Origin: Amoebidium appalachense
Taxonomy: Eukaryota > Protista > Ichthyosporea
Assembly (NCBI GenBank): GCA_963693365.1
Contig: CAVNZM010000005.1
Span: 2,869,702 to 2,933,701 of the forward strand
Reading direction: 5' to 3'
DNA: 64,000 nt
The notes under the pieces were generated by a model that saw only the letters and a program-made list of their open reading frames with translations, was not told the origin of the DNA and made no database searches. Shown piece by piece: positions 43,961-55,267 of the stretch. The position numbers were made by a program, and so were the translations under genes. Position 1 is the stretch's first letter; each line of letters starts with the position of its first letter.

Positions 43961-44292
43961 ATTATCCATTATCTATACTAGGCTAGGGTTGTTTTATTGC
44001 ATACAGTGTACATAAGTCACTAGCTGCATTTGATTGGCTGCGCTGGAAAACGCAGTCAAGTGAGGCTGGGCCCCTGGCGATGTCCGCAGCAATACAAAGT
44101 GCATAAACCCCCCGCTGCCACGCCAACTTATCCCACGCACCCCCCGCTGAAAGAGCACGGCATGTGTCAATGACGTCAGCACAATGGCCGTTCTCGCCCG
44201 CGCGCGCGCGGGGGCGAGCCCCGGGGCGAGCGAAGCGAGCACCCGGGAGCGAGCCCGAAAGATCTAGAGAGAGAGAGGGGCGGAGAGAGCCT

Positions 44293-44323
<31 letters not shown>

Positions 44324-44777
44324 GGAGAGAGAGGGAGAAAGAGAGAGAGAGAGAGCGAGAGAGATGGAGATAGAGACACACACACGCACGCACATGTAAA
44401 ACACACACACACCGTGACACGCACAGACTCGCACACACACACACGCACACACACGCACACACGCACACACGTGTACACATGTACACGCACACTTATCGAC
44501 CGAGGTTGGGCATATCGATCCCCAGTGAGATAACTTGTATGCACATGCCATGCACCTTCCGTGTCACCCCATGACCATATGCATGACGGTGTGAGCGGGA
44601 AGAAAAATGTCAAGGTGAGGCAAAAGGAAATACAAACACAAGCCATGCAAACGGAAGTTTTGCGTATGCTGTAGCTGGCACACAATGTCAGCCGTCAATC
44701 GAGGGTTGGATCTAAGAAACGTGGTGATTCGTGGGGGGCTGAGAGGGGATAGGGGGATTGTGTGTGTTCATGTGCGT

Positions 44778-44809
<32 letters not shown>

Positions 44810-44983
44810 GGCAGGGGGTGGGTGGGTGGGTAGGTGGGGGGGGGGGGGGGGGCTGTGGGGAAATACATTTCCGAAACATCCAATTCAAAGGTGCCGGAGG
44901 AGGTGGAGAGGCTCTGCGAATGGAGCGGGCAGAGAATACATGTATGATGCTTATGTTTAGGACCGCAAAAATACCGACTACTA

Positions 44984-45525
44984 GTAGCCTATATGGCGGA
45001 TACGGTTAGAGAGTCTTGTTCCTACATAGATTCGTTTATTCGTAATGGGGTGTGGTGTAAAAACGCAAATTAGAGATGATTATGGCTTGGCGGTGTAATC
45101 GGTTTCTGGTGTCTCCTGCTCGTATGTGTAATATGTGTGGGGGGCGGTTTACTCGCGGATGCATATCTATCAATAAGTAGCTAACGTAATAGAACCGGAG
45201 GTTATTGGCGGTTTTATTCTCTTTTCTCCCTCTCTTCCTCAATATATCCGTTTTAAAATGACTATCCTAGATCACCTTATTAGTGCTGCACAGTATGATA
45301 TTGTGATACGGTGTCTTAACTTTCTTTCGGAGCTACGGATGCTAGCCTCTGCTTGCCCATAATATGTAATAGGGGTGTCGTAAGTACTATGATGGCGCTA
45401 ATTGTTGCCTAGCATGTACATATGTCACTAGCTGCATTTGATTGGCTGCGCTGGAAAACGCAGTAGGCCGTCGAGTGTGGCTGGGCCCCCGACAGTGTCC
45501 ACGCAATAAAAAGTGTGTAAACCCC
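44984..45525 (+). mobile_element. Decayed LINE 3' portion (C-terminal zinc knuckle and 3' UTR)
   Basis: VAYMADTVRESCSYIDSFIRNGVWC...AWRCNRF...CNMCGGRFTRG aligns with LAGYISPAVRMDTTLVDKSVWC...QWRCNSC...CHFCADLFNRK of the minus LINE. 45414-45525 matches 44007-44112. Confidence 0.65.
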
Positions 45526-46723
45526 TTATATGAATCTACGGCCCCAGAATACCCCCCTTCCCCCCCCCCCCCCCCCCCCCCCCCCGCTTCCGTCCCGCCG
45601 ACGCCATTACCGAATAACATACACATGTGCAAAAAAAAATAATATGATCCTTGCTCCACTCTCTCTGATTCTTCAGATCCCGGACCCATTTTCGAGCCTC
45701 CTCCCTTCCTCCCCCTCTTCTTTATGCACCGTAAAGTCTGCACAGCCATCACTGCTGCTGCTGCTCAGGATGCCCTCTTATTCCTCCCTCCTTCTTCTCC
45801 CCCTCCCCCCCCTCCCCCCCCCCCCCCCACACACACACACACACATATCATGCCCGTCTCTCTCGATTGCCCTTCTCAAGGCTTCTTTCTATCTATCTTC
45901 CTATACAACCCCCGCCCTCCCCCCCCCCCCCCCCCCCCCCGCCCATCCCCGCACTTCGGCTCAGACCCGCCCCTTCCCCCCCGGGCATTTGCACCCCTAC
46001 TACGGTAACCCCCCCCTCCCCCCCATCTCTCCCCCCTCCTCTCACACACACACGCCTCTGGAACCATGGCTTGATACCCACCCCAGGTCCTTCACTTTTC
46101 CCCCCGCATTCACTTTTTATGATTACCCTCGCCCACTATCTATTTCTATTTGTGTGTGCTGGGAACACACGCTGTGCTGTCTAAGATCATGTGGCCCAGA
46201 CAGAGGCATATGATAGCTAGCATGTGGGGACGCACCCGCGTGCGACTATGGAATACTGTGTGCACGAGACTCTGTTCGTTTAAAAAGCCTGGTGCTCAGT
46301 ATCCAGTTGCACTGCCATGTTCCTAGCAGGGCATATTCAAACGCTCAAGCAAAAATAGGTGGCCGGTGCCTCCTGGCCTCCCTCCTTCCCCCCCCTCCCC
46401 CCCCCCCCCTTGCCTCCGCTCTTCCCCCCCCTGTACAACCCCCCCTTCCCCGCCCTCTTCCCCACCCCCACACCGAAATAACCTCCCTCACCCCTCAAAC
46501 CCTCCCCCCCCCCCCCCCTGCCCTTCTCGCAAAACACAGCCCCAACCTCTTCCCGTCCCCTCCAGCCTGGCTTTCACTCACAAACATGCACATGACACGC
46601 AATGTTGCCTTGGGTGCTACCAGTCCCCTCCCCCCTCGCCCTCCCCCCCTCCCCCCCACCCCCCCGCTTTGAAATCACCAAGAACACGGAATTGTAGTTA
46701 GAATACGGGTACGTATAATAACA

Positions 46724-47047
46724 GGGCCCAACCAAATCTGCTGATTCAACTTGTTCCGAGCAGAATTATTTCGCAAAAAGCAGCCTCTTCAAAAGGCAGA
46801 ATTATTCTGCCATAAGAAGAGGAATTTAGCCAAAGCAGCATAATTCTGCTTTATGCGGAATAATTATGCAAAAAGCTGTGATATTTTTGCTAAACGCAGA
46901 GTGATTCTGCTCAAAGCAGAATAATTCTGCCTTTTGCCGAATAGTTCTGCTTTTACAGAAGAATTTTGCTTTTTGCAGAATAACTCTGCTTTTTGCAGAA
47001 TAATTCTGCTTTTTGCAAGCTGAATCGGCCATGACGTGATTGGGCCC
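46724..47047. mobile_element. MITE of about 324 bp with GGGCCCAA termini and an internal array of about 21-bp palindromic units
   Basis: GGGCCCAACCA...TGATTGGGCCC followed by TTA. About 10 degenerate copies of GCAGAATAATTCTGC(TTTTT). Confidence 0.7.
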
Positions 47048-47995
47048 TTATGACGGTAATATGTGCAAACACTTAAAACATAAATTCACGGTCCTTATTA
47101 GACTTTCCCTCCACCCCCTTTCCCCCTCTACCCCTAGGTGCCATGACCGGCGCCCACCCTATGCCCCCGCTCCACGCCCACAAGCTCCCCCAGATTTCTC
47201 TTTTCTCTTCCCCCCCTTCCCCTCCCCCCCCCCCCCCCCTCCCCCCTCCTCCCCTCCCCCCGCCCCCTGCCCTTTCCCCTCGTCCGGCCACCGACCTACC
47301 CCAGTAACTCACCATTTTTTAAAGTCGTTATATGTGAAACGTTTTGTTCCCGGAAGGACCCACCAGGTGCTCTCATAGGAACTCCCCCCTTCCACACAGC
47401 ACATACTGTGCCATAATTAGGGTGCTAAAAGTGCAGAAAGCCAAACACCTACACCGTTAACGTTCCCAAACATCACTACTGGTCCACACACCGCCCAGGG
47501 TTTACACCTCAGCCCCGCCGGTGGGAGTTACCCCCCCAGTAACCCACCGGCCTCCCCTTGGTGAGGCCCCTGTCTGCTACTACCAACTTATAGACTGCTG
47601 CTCTATATACCCGTGGGGATTTCTTAGCACTTTGCTTTGCTCTTTAATTTGTCTGTTGAGTTGAAATTTGCCATTTTCCAGAATCTTACATGATTTTTCT
47701 GTCACTTCACTTCAAGCTCTTCTGGGATCTGTATAATCACTACTGCCCCCCCTCCCTCTGAGTCGCCCCCCCCCCCCCCCCCCCCCCCCCTTCCCCCCCC
47801 CCCCCCCCCCCCCTCCCTTCACCCCTTCAAGATTATTCCCCCCTTCCCCACCCCTGGAGGGTTCCCCATGCAACCCTGTCCAGACCGTCCTAATCCCGGC
47901 CACTCATTGGAACCCATTCCTCGCCGTAGAGAGGCACACACATCAACTAGGACTGTTACGCACGGTTGCAGTGTGCATACACGCACGTGAACATG

Positions 47996-48043
<48 letters not shown>

Positions 48044-48204
48044 GTGGCACACACACACACACACGCACACACACACTTGGACGCATAAATACAAGGATCC
48101 ACACAAACATACACTGTGACAGTCACATTCACACACACTTACACACACACAGCCTCGGATAGAAAGAGGGTATGTGTGTGTACGTGTGCCTTTGCTTTTG
48201 TGTG

Positions 48205-48236
<32 letters not shown>

Positions 48237-48314
48237 ATTGTGTGCGTGTGTGTGCGCGCTCGCACAGTGTGTGTGTGTGTGTCTGTGTGTGTGTTTGTGT
48301 GTGTGTGCGCGCAC

Positions 48315-48438
<124 letters not shown>

Positions 48439-49009
48439 TGTTGCTGCTGTACGGTGCACTCGCATGCTGGCTTTGGGCAAACATACTCACACATAGGCAC
48501 AGGGTGCAGTGTAACACCTGCAAATACACACGAACCTAAACAACCAAAGGCACTTCCACCATTATTAACTTAATATTTCATTTGGTCTATTTATTCAGCG
48601 AACATTCACGTTAATTGATTTGAAAACACACACTCATTCTTTCCATCAACCTCTCTCTGAATGACCGTCTTTTGCCTCCCCTATTTACACATACACGCAA
48701 GCGCGCACACACAAGCGCGTGCACACAAACACACACACCAGCACACACACACACACACGCACATACACGCACGCACGCACGCACGCACACGCACACACAC
48801 ACACACGTGCACGCACACACACTCTCTCTCTCACCCTCTGTCACTCTCTCTGTCTCTCGCTCCCGCCCGCCCCCCCTTTCTCTCTATGTGTGTGTGTGTG
48901 TGGATGTGTGTGTGTTGGTGTGTGTGTGTGTGTCACGTGTGCGTCAACTGATTGCAGAGTTAAGCATGGCCAGGAACACACACATGCACCCGGGCACACA
49001 CGAGGCACT

Positions 49010-49041
<32 letters not shown>

Positions 49042-49198
49042 CCACCGGCTAAGAAAAAGTGTAACGGTTTACATTAATGGGTCCACGGTGCCCGACACAC
49101 TTTTATGTTATTTTATTTATTGTTTATTATTTTTATATATATATATTTTTTTTTGGGGGGGAGGGGGGGGGGGATGGGAGGGAATTGGGGGTCGGGGG

Positions 49199-49246
<48 letters not shown>

Positions 49247-49370
49247 GGCTGTGCGAAAGTGTGTGCATATATTGTCTCTGTGTACCTTTGGACGCGTGTC
49301 CCATGATCATAATCGACAACATGTACATATATTCAGGGAATCAACCATAGGAAAATTTGATTCATTTTCT

Positions 49371-49518
<148 letters not shown>

Positions 49519-49522
49519 ACAA

Positions 49523-49595
49523 TAAGGGGCGCGGCACCCCACGTTAGTGACGTCACAAAGTGTGACGTCACTAACACAGGGTGGCGCACCCCTTA
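49523..49595. repeat. 73-bp imperfect hairpin with a perfect 15-bp core and two TGACGTCA sites
   Basis: GTTAGTGACGTCACA-AAG-TGTGACGTCACTAAC. Arms extend to TAAGGGG...CCCCTTA with 5 mismatches. Confidence 0.9.
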
Positions 49596-49848
49596 GGATA
49601 TGGCAGATATGCATATGGGATATGGCGATATGCAGTATGATATGGGTGTATATTGTGATTAGGATATGGATATGGGTATGGATATGTACAGGAGCACGTG
49701 CACACACTGTGTGTGTGTGCATAAACACGTGCAGAGCACGTGGATTTAATTAAAATATTAAAGGGAAAACGTGTCATGTGTGCGCGTGCACGCACGCGCA
49801 CATGCGACACGTACACAGTTCTGAGATCAAAGGAATGCGACGGTGTGC

Positions 49849-50014
49849 ACAAGGCGGCCAATGAGAATTCGAATTCCGAATTCCTTGTACAAGGCGGCCA
49901 ATAGTAATGCGGATGCACAAGGCGGCCAATGATAATTCAGTTCCAAAAAGCCAGTTGCCGCACAAGGCGGCCAATCGGAGTTCAGGTTGGCACATTTTGG
50001 TTTAGGCGGCCAAT
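49849..50014 (+). promoter_or_regulatory. Five AGGCGGCCAAT (CCAAT-box) copies upstream of the first viral ORF
   Basis: Copies near 49851, 49891, 49919, 49964, 50004. A sixth copy at 53598. Confidence 0.75.
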
Positions 50015-50193
50015 AAGGACACAGAGATTAAGGATTTCGGTCCTCATTGGCCACAAGCGCACCCAGCATGTCGCCGCTGTGTACATAAGCATCCGCACAC
50101 AGCCAACATCACACCAAGCAAACATGAGCCATACGTACACAGTTGAGGTGCACACCACAGTCACGTTCACCACACCCCCCAAACAACAGCAAA

Positions 50194-51108
50194 ATGGTCA
50201 AGCCAACCCTGCTGCGTCAAACGACTGGTCTGTCCACCGTCAAAAGGACCAGCATCGCCGCGGTAAGCAGTGGCAAAGAAAACACCAACAACAGTGAGGG
50301 GCCCAAGATGGTGCAGTACAAGGAGGTGTTCCTCAACGGTGTGGGCAAGGCCACCATGGGCGCACCCTGGGTGATGAACGACGTGTTGGCCGTGCAGCTG
50401 TACAACCTGCCCAACATCAACATCAACGGGCAGATGCTCATCGAGTTGGTCCCCAGCACGGTTGCCTGGGATGCCAAGCCCACCATTAGGGTCAAGTCGC
50501 AACGCCGCCCTGAGCCCTTTGAGGTGGCCTACGCCGTTGACCTGTGGCCCTACGTGTGCAGCATGGCCAGGGACGTGTTGTGGATGCACAAGGACCACGA
50601 GATGCTCAAGGGGGTGGACGTGGACACCGTACCTGTCAAGATCAGCAGCAACCTGTGGTCCAGGCACACCCCCAGCCTGTACGATGTGCTGGGTGCCGAC
50701 CCCGTCGGCAAGGAGGACATGGTGGAGGCACTGGGTGGCACCTACTTCAACGTGATGTTGGAGCTCCCCAACCCCCTTGGCCGCAACCCCTGCCTCTTCA
50801 AGCTGGGCAACAACGCTGCCTCCATCGACGAGTTTGTGGAGTTTATGAACTCCCAACGTGCCAAGTGCCGTGAGGTGACTGCCTGGGTGTCTGCAGCTGC
50901 CACCAGCGTCATCTACAACAAGAAGAACAACACTGTGCGTACCAAGCTGGTTGCCCGCAAGGTTCAGGTGTTTGACTTAGATGGCCTGATGGAGCTGGCT
51001 GGTGGTGAGGGGGGCGAGGGGGAGGGGGGTGATGTAGACTTGGGGCAGGCTAAGCGTGCAGGCACGCCCATGCCCGGTAATGACGATGCCAAAATGCTCA
51101 GAATGTAA
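50194..51108 (+). CDS. 304-aa viral protein, possibly an OB-fold ssDNA-binding protein
   Basis: Clean ORF with strong C/G third-position bias. C-terminal beta pattern SVIYNKKNNTVRTKLVARKVQVFD followed by an acidic Gly tail recalls T7 gp2.5-like SSBs. Function is weak inference. Confidence 0.6.
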   Translation: MVKPTLLRQTTGLSTVKRTSIAAVSSGKENTNNSEGPKMVQYKEVFLNGVGKATMGAPWVMNDVLAVQLYNLPNININGQMLIELVPSTVAWDAKPTIRVKSQRRPEPFEVAYAVDLWPYVCSMARDVLWMHKDHEMLKGVDVDTVPVKISSNLWSRHTPSLYDVLGADPVGKEDMVEALGGTYFNVMLELPNPLGRNPCLFKLGNNAASIDEFVEFMNSQRAKCREVTAWVSAAATSVIYNKKNNTVRTKLVARKVQVFDLDGLMELAGGEGGEGEGGDVDLGQAKRAGTPMPGNDDAKMLRM

Positions 51109-51353
51109 TGACACACGACTGTATATTGAGAACATATTTGTCTGCGGGTGATTGCCACGAAATAAACGGTCAAAAAACTTGTGTTTTTGGGGAAAAACGA
51201 ACACTGTGAGCTACGTGACCGACTTGACTTGTGGCGCAATGAGAGGGAGTGTCAAAGACTTGCGCAAGTATGAGCCGATGAAATTTGCGAATTTATCTCC
51301 AGGAATGCCCAGCATGTCGTTTTTCTTCTCTTTCCCTGTCTTTCTCAAAAAAT

Positions 51354-51432
51354 CTTGAAAATCCTTTTCAATCATCTCTTTTCGTAGAAAAAAGTCTTTT
51401 AAAGTTTTTGTTACCGTAGTAGACAAATCTTT

Positions 51433-51479
<47 letters not shown>

Positions 51480-51586
51480 CTCGTTTCCTTTCGTTAGTTT
51501 TGTGAAAAAACTTGAAAATCCTTTTCAATCATCTCTTTTCGTAGAAAAAAGTCTTTTAAAGTTTTTTGTTACTTAGACAAATCTTT

Positions 51587-51651
<65 letters not shown>

Positions 51652-51753
51652 CTCGTTTCCTTTCGTTAGTTTTGTGAAAAAACTTGAAAATCCTTTTCAA
51701 TCATCTCTTTTCGTAGAAAAAAGTCTTTTAAAGTTTTTTGTTACTTAGACAAA

Positions 51754-51842
<89 letters not shown>

Positions 51843-51949
51843 CTCGTTTCTTTTCGTTAGTTTTGTGAAAAAACTTGAAAATCCTTTTCAATCATCTCTT
51901 TTCGTAGAAAAAAGTCTTTTAAAGTTTTTTGTTACTTAGACAAATCTTT

Positions 51950-52028
<79 letters not shown>
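51354..52028. repeat. Tandem array of a constant unit of about 110 bp plus (CA)22/31/41/39
   Basis: Units start at 51354, 51511, 51683, 51874, between convergent ORFs. Confidence 0.95.
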
Positions 52029-52030
<2 letters not shown>

Positions 52031-52323
52031 CACACATGCACATGCACACTTAAATCGTTGTCTTCTTAGGCACACACACGTGCAGGCACACGTGTGCAAT
52101 GCACCGCAGTAGTCTTGGGTTTGTACTCAGCTTGTTTTTCGTAAAAATAAAAGTTTATTTTTGCCGTCGATTGTCTTTGTAAAAAAGAAAAAAACGTGGA
52201 AATAAAGGGCTCTGCCCATTGTCTTCACAAAAAAACGTGTCTATGGTCATGGACGAGCTGAGAGGGTAAAAAACGTATAAAACGTGCAAGTATAGGGCAC
52301 AGCCCTGCACAGTCACCCCTAAC

Positions 52324-53445
52324 CTAACCACTTAGGTAGATGACGTCGCTGTTCACAGTCTTGAGGGGGGAAGAAGTACGGGGCTTAGACACCTGGACCC
52401 CACCGTAGAAGTAGCGAGCACCGTGGGCCATCTTGTTGTTGTTGTTGTTGTAGGTGATGTTTCTGTTGCAGCTGCTGCAGATGGTGTAGAGGGGGGCACG
52501 GTTCTCCTTGTGATCTGGGGCAAGCTCCGGGACAGACTTGCGCCGTGACGGGGCCTCCTTGGCAATGTTTTTCTTGATCAACCCTGCAAAGTGAATCTTT
52601 TCACCTAAACCACACGCACGCTCCTCTGCAATAGTGCGCAGCAGGGCCTGCATTTCATGCAGGATATCCAGGGGAACCCCTTTGAAGATGGGTGTGGACT
52701 TTAACTTGGCAGCCTTGGCAGTGGCCACCATGGCCTGCAGGAATCCTACAAGAACATGGGCCAGGAGGTGCACCAGCTCGTCCTCACGGTAGGGAGACAC
52801 AGTCCCTGACTTGCACATAGCGGCAATGGGCCGCCAGCCGTCCTCTACCTGGTGCATGTACCTGTGGATGTAGTCGCCAACCAGCTGAGGATCTGTCTCG
52901 GCCTTGTACCTGATAGACCTGTCGTGCTCGTTGAACAGTGGCAGGAGGAGGTCTACCACAGCAGCCGCCACCCCCTTGAGCATGAGGGCGTTGCGGCACG
53001 CGAGTGTTAGCTTAATCGAATCGGTGTGCAAGTCTGCCAGGTCTGCCAGCCCACGTACGTTGTCACGCAACAGTGCCTCAGGCAGCCACATCCCAACAAA
53101 ATCGTTGTGACCAGCGAAGCGTTTCTGGAAGTAGACTTTCCCCCCTGGGTTGTAACCAGCCTGGAAGAAGCCATCAACCGTGGCGGGATGGAGGTAGGCC
53201 GAGTTCTCCACAACACCGGGCTGTGCAGCATACCCCTCAGCCAGCGTGCGGTGGAGCTTGTAGAAGGGGTCAGGAACAAGGGCGGAAACATCTATGTCGG
53301 CCCAGGAGAAGGTGCGTAGATCATTGAAACAAGGATAGCCAAAGGATGTGACCATGGGTGTAGGTACAGAAAGGGCGGATGCTGCAGCAGCCTGAGCAAC
53401 AGCTGTGCCATTGCAAAGAGGGGGTAGGGGAGAGAGAGGGTTCAT
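52324..53445 (-). CDS. 373-aa viral protein of unknown function with C-terminal KEN/D-box-like motifs
   Basis: Intronless ORF from ATG 53445 with coding-like codon bias. DHKENRAPL, CSSC, RTSSPLKTVN. Confidence 0.75.
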   Translation of the reverse strand: MNPLSPLPPLCNGTAVAQAAAASALSVPTPMVTSFGYPCFNDLRTFSWADIDVSALVPDPFYKLHRTLAEGYAAQPGVVENSAYLHPATVDGFFQAGYNPGGKVYFQKRFAGHNDFVGMWLPEALLRDNVRGLADLADLHTDSIKLTLACRNALMLKGVAAAVVDLLLPLFNEHDRSIRYKAETDPQLVGDYIHRYMHQVEDGWRPIAAMCKSGTVSPYREDELVHLLAHVLVGFLQAMVATAKAAKLKSTPIFKGVPLDILHEMQALLRTIAEERACGLGEKIHFAGLIKKNIAKEAPSRRKSVPELAPDHKENRAPLYTICSSCNRNITYNNNNNKMAHGARYFYGGVQVSKPRTSSPLKTVNSDVIYLSG

Positions 53446-53714
53446 GTTTAAAAAGTTCGCTGTTTGCAAAAAGGCAGGCTAGAGTGGCTTAGAATAAAGG
53501 AAAAATGTTTGAAGAATGGACCGTTTGCAGGTGGTTTTTTGTGCCCTCCGGCACACATGCTGCCATTGCTCCAAACTTTGGTGACTCGCGTTGCACTAGG
53601 CGGCCAATCAAAGCGCAGGAAGGCTACCAATGGAATGAAAGTCAACAAACCTTATTGGTTCCTCGCACCGCCCGCCAACGGTTTTTCCTGTGTGCACTTA
53701 CCATATATGGGTTT

Positions 53715-54329
53715 TCAATTAGCTCTGCGACCCGAGACGTGTGGCGGCCTTGCCGGTGGCCAGACGTAGGGTTTGCCACCCACAAGCACCTGTGCACCGC
53801 CCCCTCCGCCCCCTCTCCACTCATAACCACCACCTGTGTGTGGGCGTGTACCCGTGGGCACACTGCCCCCACCACCACTACTGCCTGCAGCGTTGTATGG
53901 ACCATAACCCGCAGCATTCTGTGCAGTGTGTAGCATATAGTTACCCGCGTCCCTTGTGCCATTCCTCAGTGTCTTCCATGCGCTGAACGAGCCATTCTGG
54001 ATACCCTGACCCACATGCTGTGTGCCCTGCAGGGCGGCATCGCCTGTGGCACGTGCGACCCCTTTGAGCCCCTTGAACGCTGTCCCCCCCACCTCCCCGG
54101 CCTTTTCTGCACTGTAGGTGGCCGCATCTGCTGCCTTGTTGTACATGTAGTTACCCACCCCCCTCGCTATGTCCCCCTTGTGTTTCCACGCATAATACCC
54201 CCCTGCCCCCAAGGCAGCACCGCCTGCCAGAGCCCCCACCCACTTAGCCACCTCTGACGCCTTGTTTGGTTGGTTTTGCACGTAGATGACGCGCGTGTTT
54301 CCGTTCCTGCCTCGCGATGACACACCCAT
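53715..54329 (-). CDS. 204-aa Gly/Ala-rich putative virion core or membrane-active protein
   Basis: CACCACCATGG start, hydrophobic WVGALAGGAALGAGGYYAW, adenain-type LxGG sites (LAGG, LVGG). Confidence 0.65.
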   Translation of the reverse strand: MGVSSRGRNGNTRVIYVQNQPNKASEVAKWVGALAGGAALGAGGYYAWKHKGDIARGVGNYMYNKAADAATYSAEKAGEVGGTAFKGLKGVARATGDAALQGTQHVGQGIQNGSFSAWKTLRNGTRDAGNYMLHTAQNAAGYGPYNAAGSSGGGGSVPTGTRPHTGGGYEWRGGGGGGAQVLVGGKPYVWPPARPPHVSGRRAN

Positions 54330-54398
54330 GGTGGTGGTGTGGCTTGCACTTTTACTTATGTGGGCATATTATTTTTTATTGCCAGAGTCATGTTCCTG

Positions 54399-54668
54399 CT
54401 AGCGCACGGCCCTGCCATGTGCACGCCTGAGTGCTGCAAAGGTAGGGCGTCTCCGGGTACTAGGAGCACGGTTGCCTGCTGAGGAGCCAGCCACAGTGGT
54501 TGGTTTAAGGAAAGAAGGGTGGCGTGTGTTGCGTGGACATATACTGTCTGCAATGGATCTTGCCATGGCCTGCTGGCCATAAAAGCTAAAGTCTGTGCGC
54601 GTGGCGTTTGACGTGCGCTCAGTGAGGGGTTGAAATTGGTCATTGAGCACAACTTGGTAGGTGGCCAT
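54399..54668 (-). CDS. 89-aa basic protein, possible DNA-binding core protein
   Basis: CACCACCATGG start and Arg-rich C-terminus TRRRPTFAALRRAHGRAVR. Confidence 0.55.
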   Translation of the reverse strand: MATYQVVLNDQFQPLTERTSNATRTDFSFYGQQAMARSIADSICPRNTRHPSFLKPTTVAGSSAGNRAPSTRRRPTFAALRRAHGRAVR

Positions 54669-54718
54669 GGTGGTGTGCTGGTACCTTATACACTCTACCA
54701 CACATTTTTATGATCTGG

Positions 54719-55267
54719 CTAGAATTCCAACCCCAGCACACCCCCTGTCTTTGAGCTGCGCGGGTATGTCTCAGGCACCCACGACACTACACGTGGGCCA
54801 CCCACTGGCTGGGGCTCTGTAAACAGAAGCAGGCACACGCCCTCTGGTGATGGTCTCTTGAACCCCTCAAACTTGACCCTGCCCCGCAAAATGCGCACCT
54901 CTGCAGCGTACCTAAACGCCAGGTCATGATGAAACCAGCGTGCCTCTGTGCGTGCAGGTACAAGCAGTACGCTCTTTCTACCCTTTGACATGTACATCTG
55001 TATGGCCTTGCGTATGAAGGGGGAAATATCGGAGAACGGTGGGTTGACATAGTTGATTTTCTCGCTGGACCACACACTGTCATCTGTGAGTGCGCAAGGG
55101 TCCTCCCCCTCTCGCCAGGTGATGGGGCAGGGGTCATTGAGTGTGCCAAACTCTTTTTCAAGCGCTTCCAGCAGCCATGCAGGCGTCTGCACCTTGTCTG
55201 TGTCCACACCGGTCCTCCTCTTGTCCACCGTCGACTTGTACACTCCGCAGCAACTCCCAAGCCCCAT
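54719..55267 (-). CDS. Phage Dam-family (PF05869-like) DNA N6-adenine methyltransferase
   Basis: QTP..LLEALEKEFG..DPC, catalytic VNPPFS, LLVPARTEARWFH, EVRILRGRVKFEG. Confidence 0.88.
   Translation of the reverse strand: MGLGSCCGVYKSTVDKRRTGVDTDKVQTPAWLLEALEKEFGTLNDPCPITWREGEDPCALTDDSVWSSEKINYVNPPFSDISPFIRKAIQMYMSKGRKSVLLVPARTEARWFHHDLAFRYAAEVRILRGRVKFEGFKRPSPEGVCLLLFTEPQPVGGPRVVSWVPETYPRSSKTGGVLGLEF

Noticed and set aside
44170-44270. GC-rich hairpins with GCGAGCGAAGCGAGC ending in CTAG, Helitron-like 3' end
   Set aside because: CTAG is not followed by T and there is no 5' end or second copy; insufficient support.
51354-52028. CRISPR-like repeat-spacer appearance
   Set aside because: Repeats are about 110 bp, spacers are plain (CA)n, there are no cas genes, and the context is eukaryotic.
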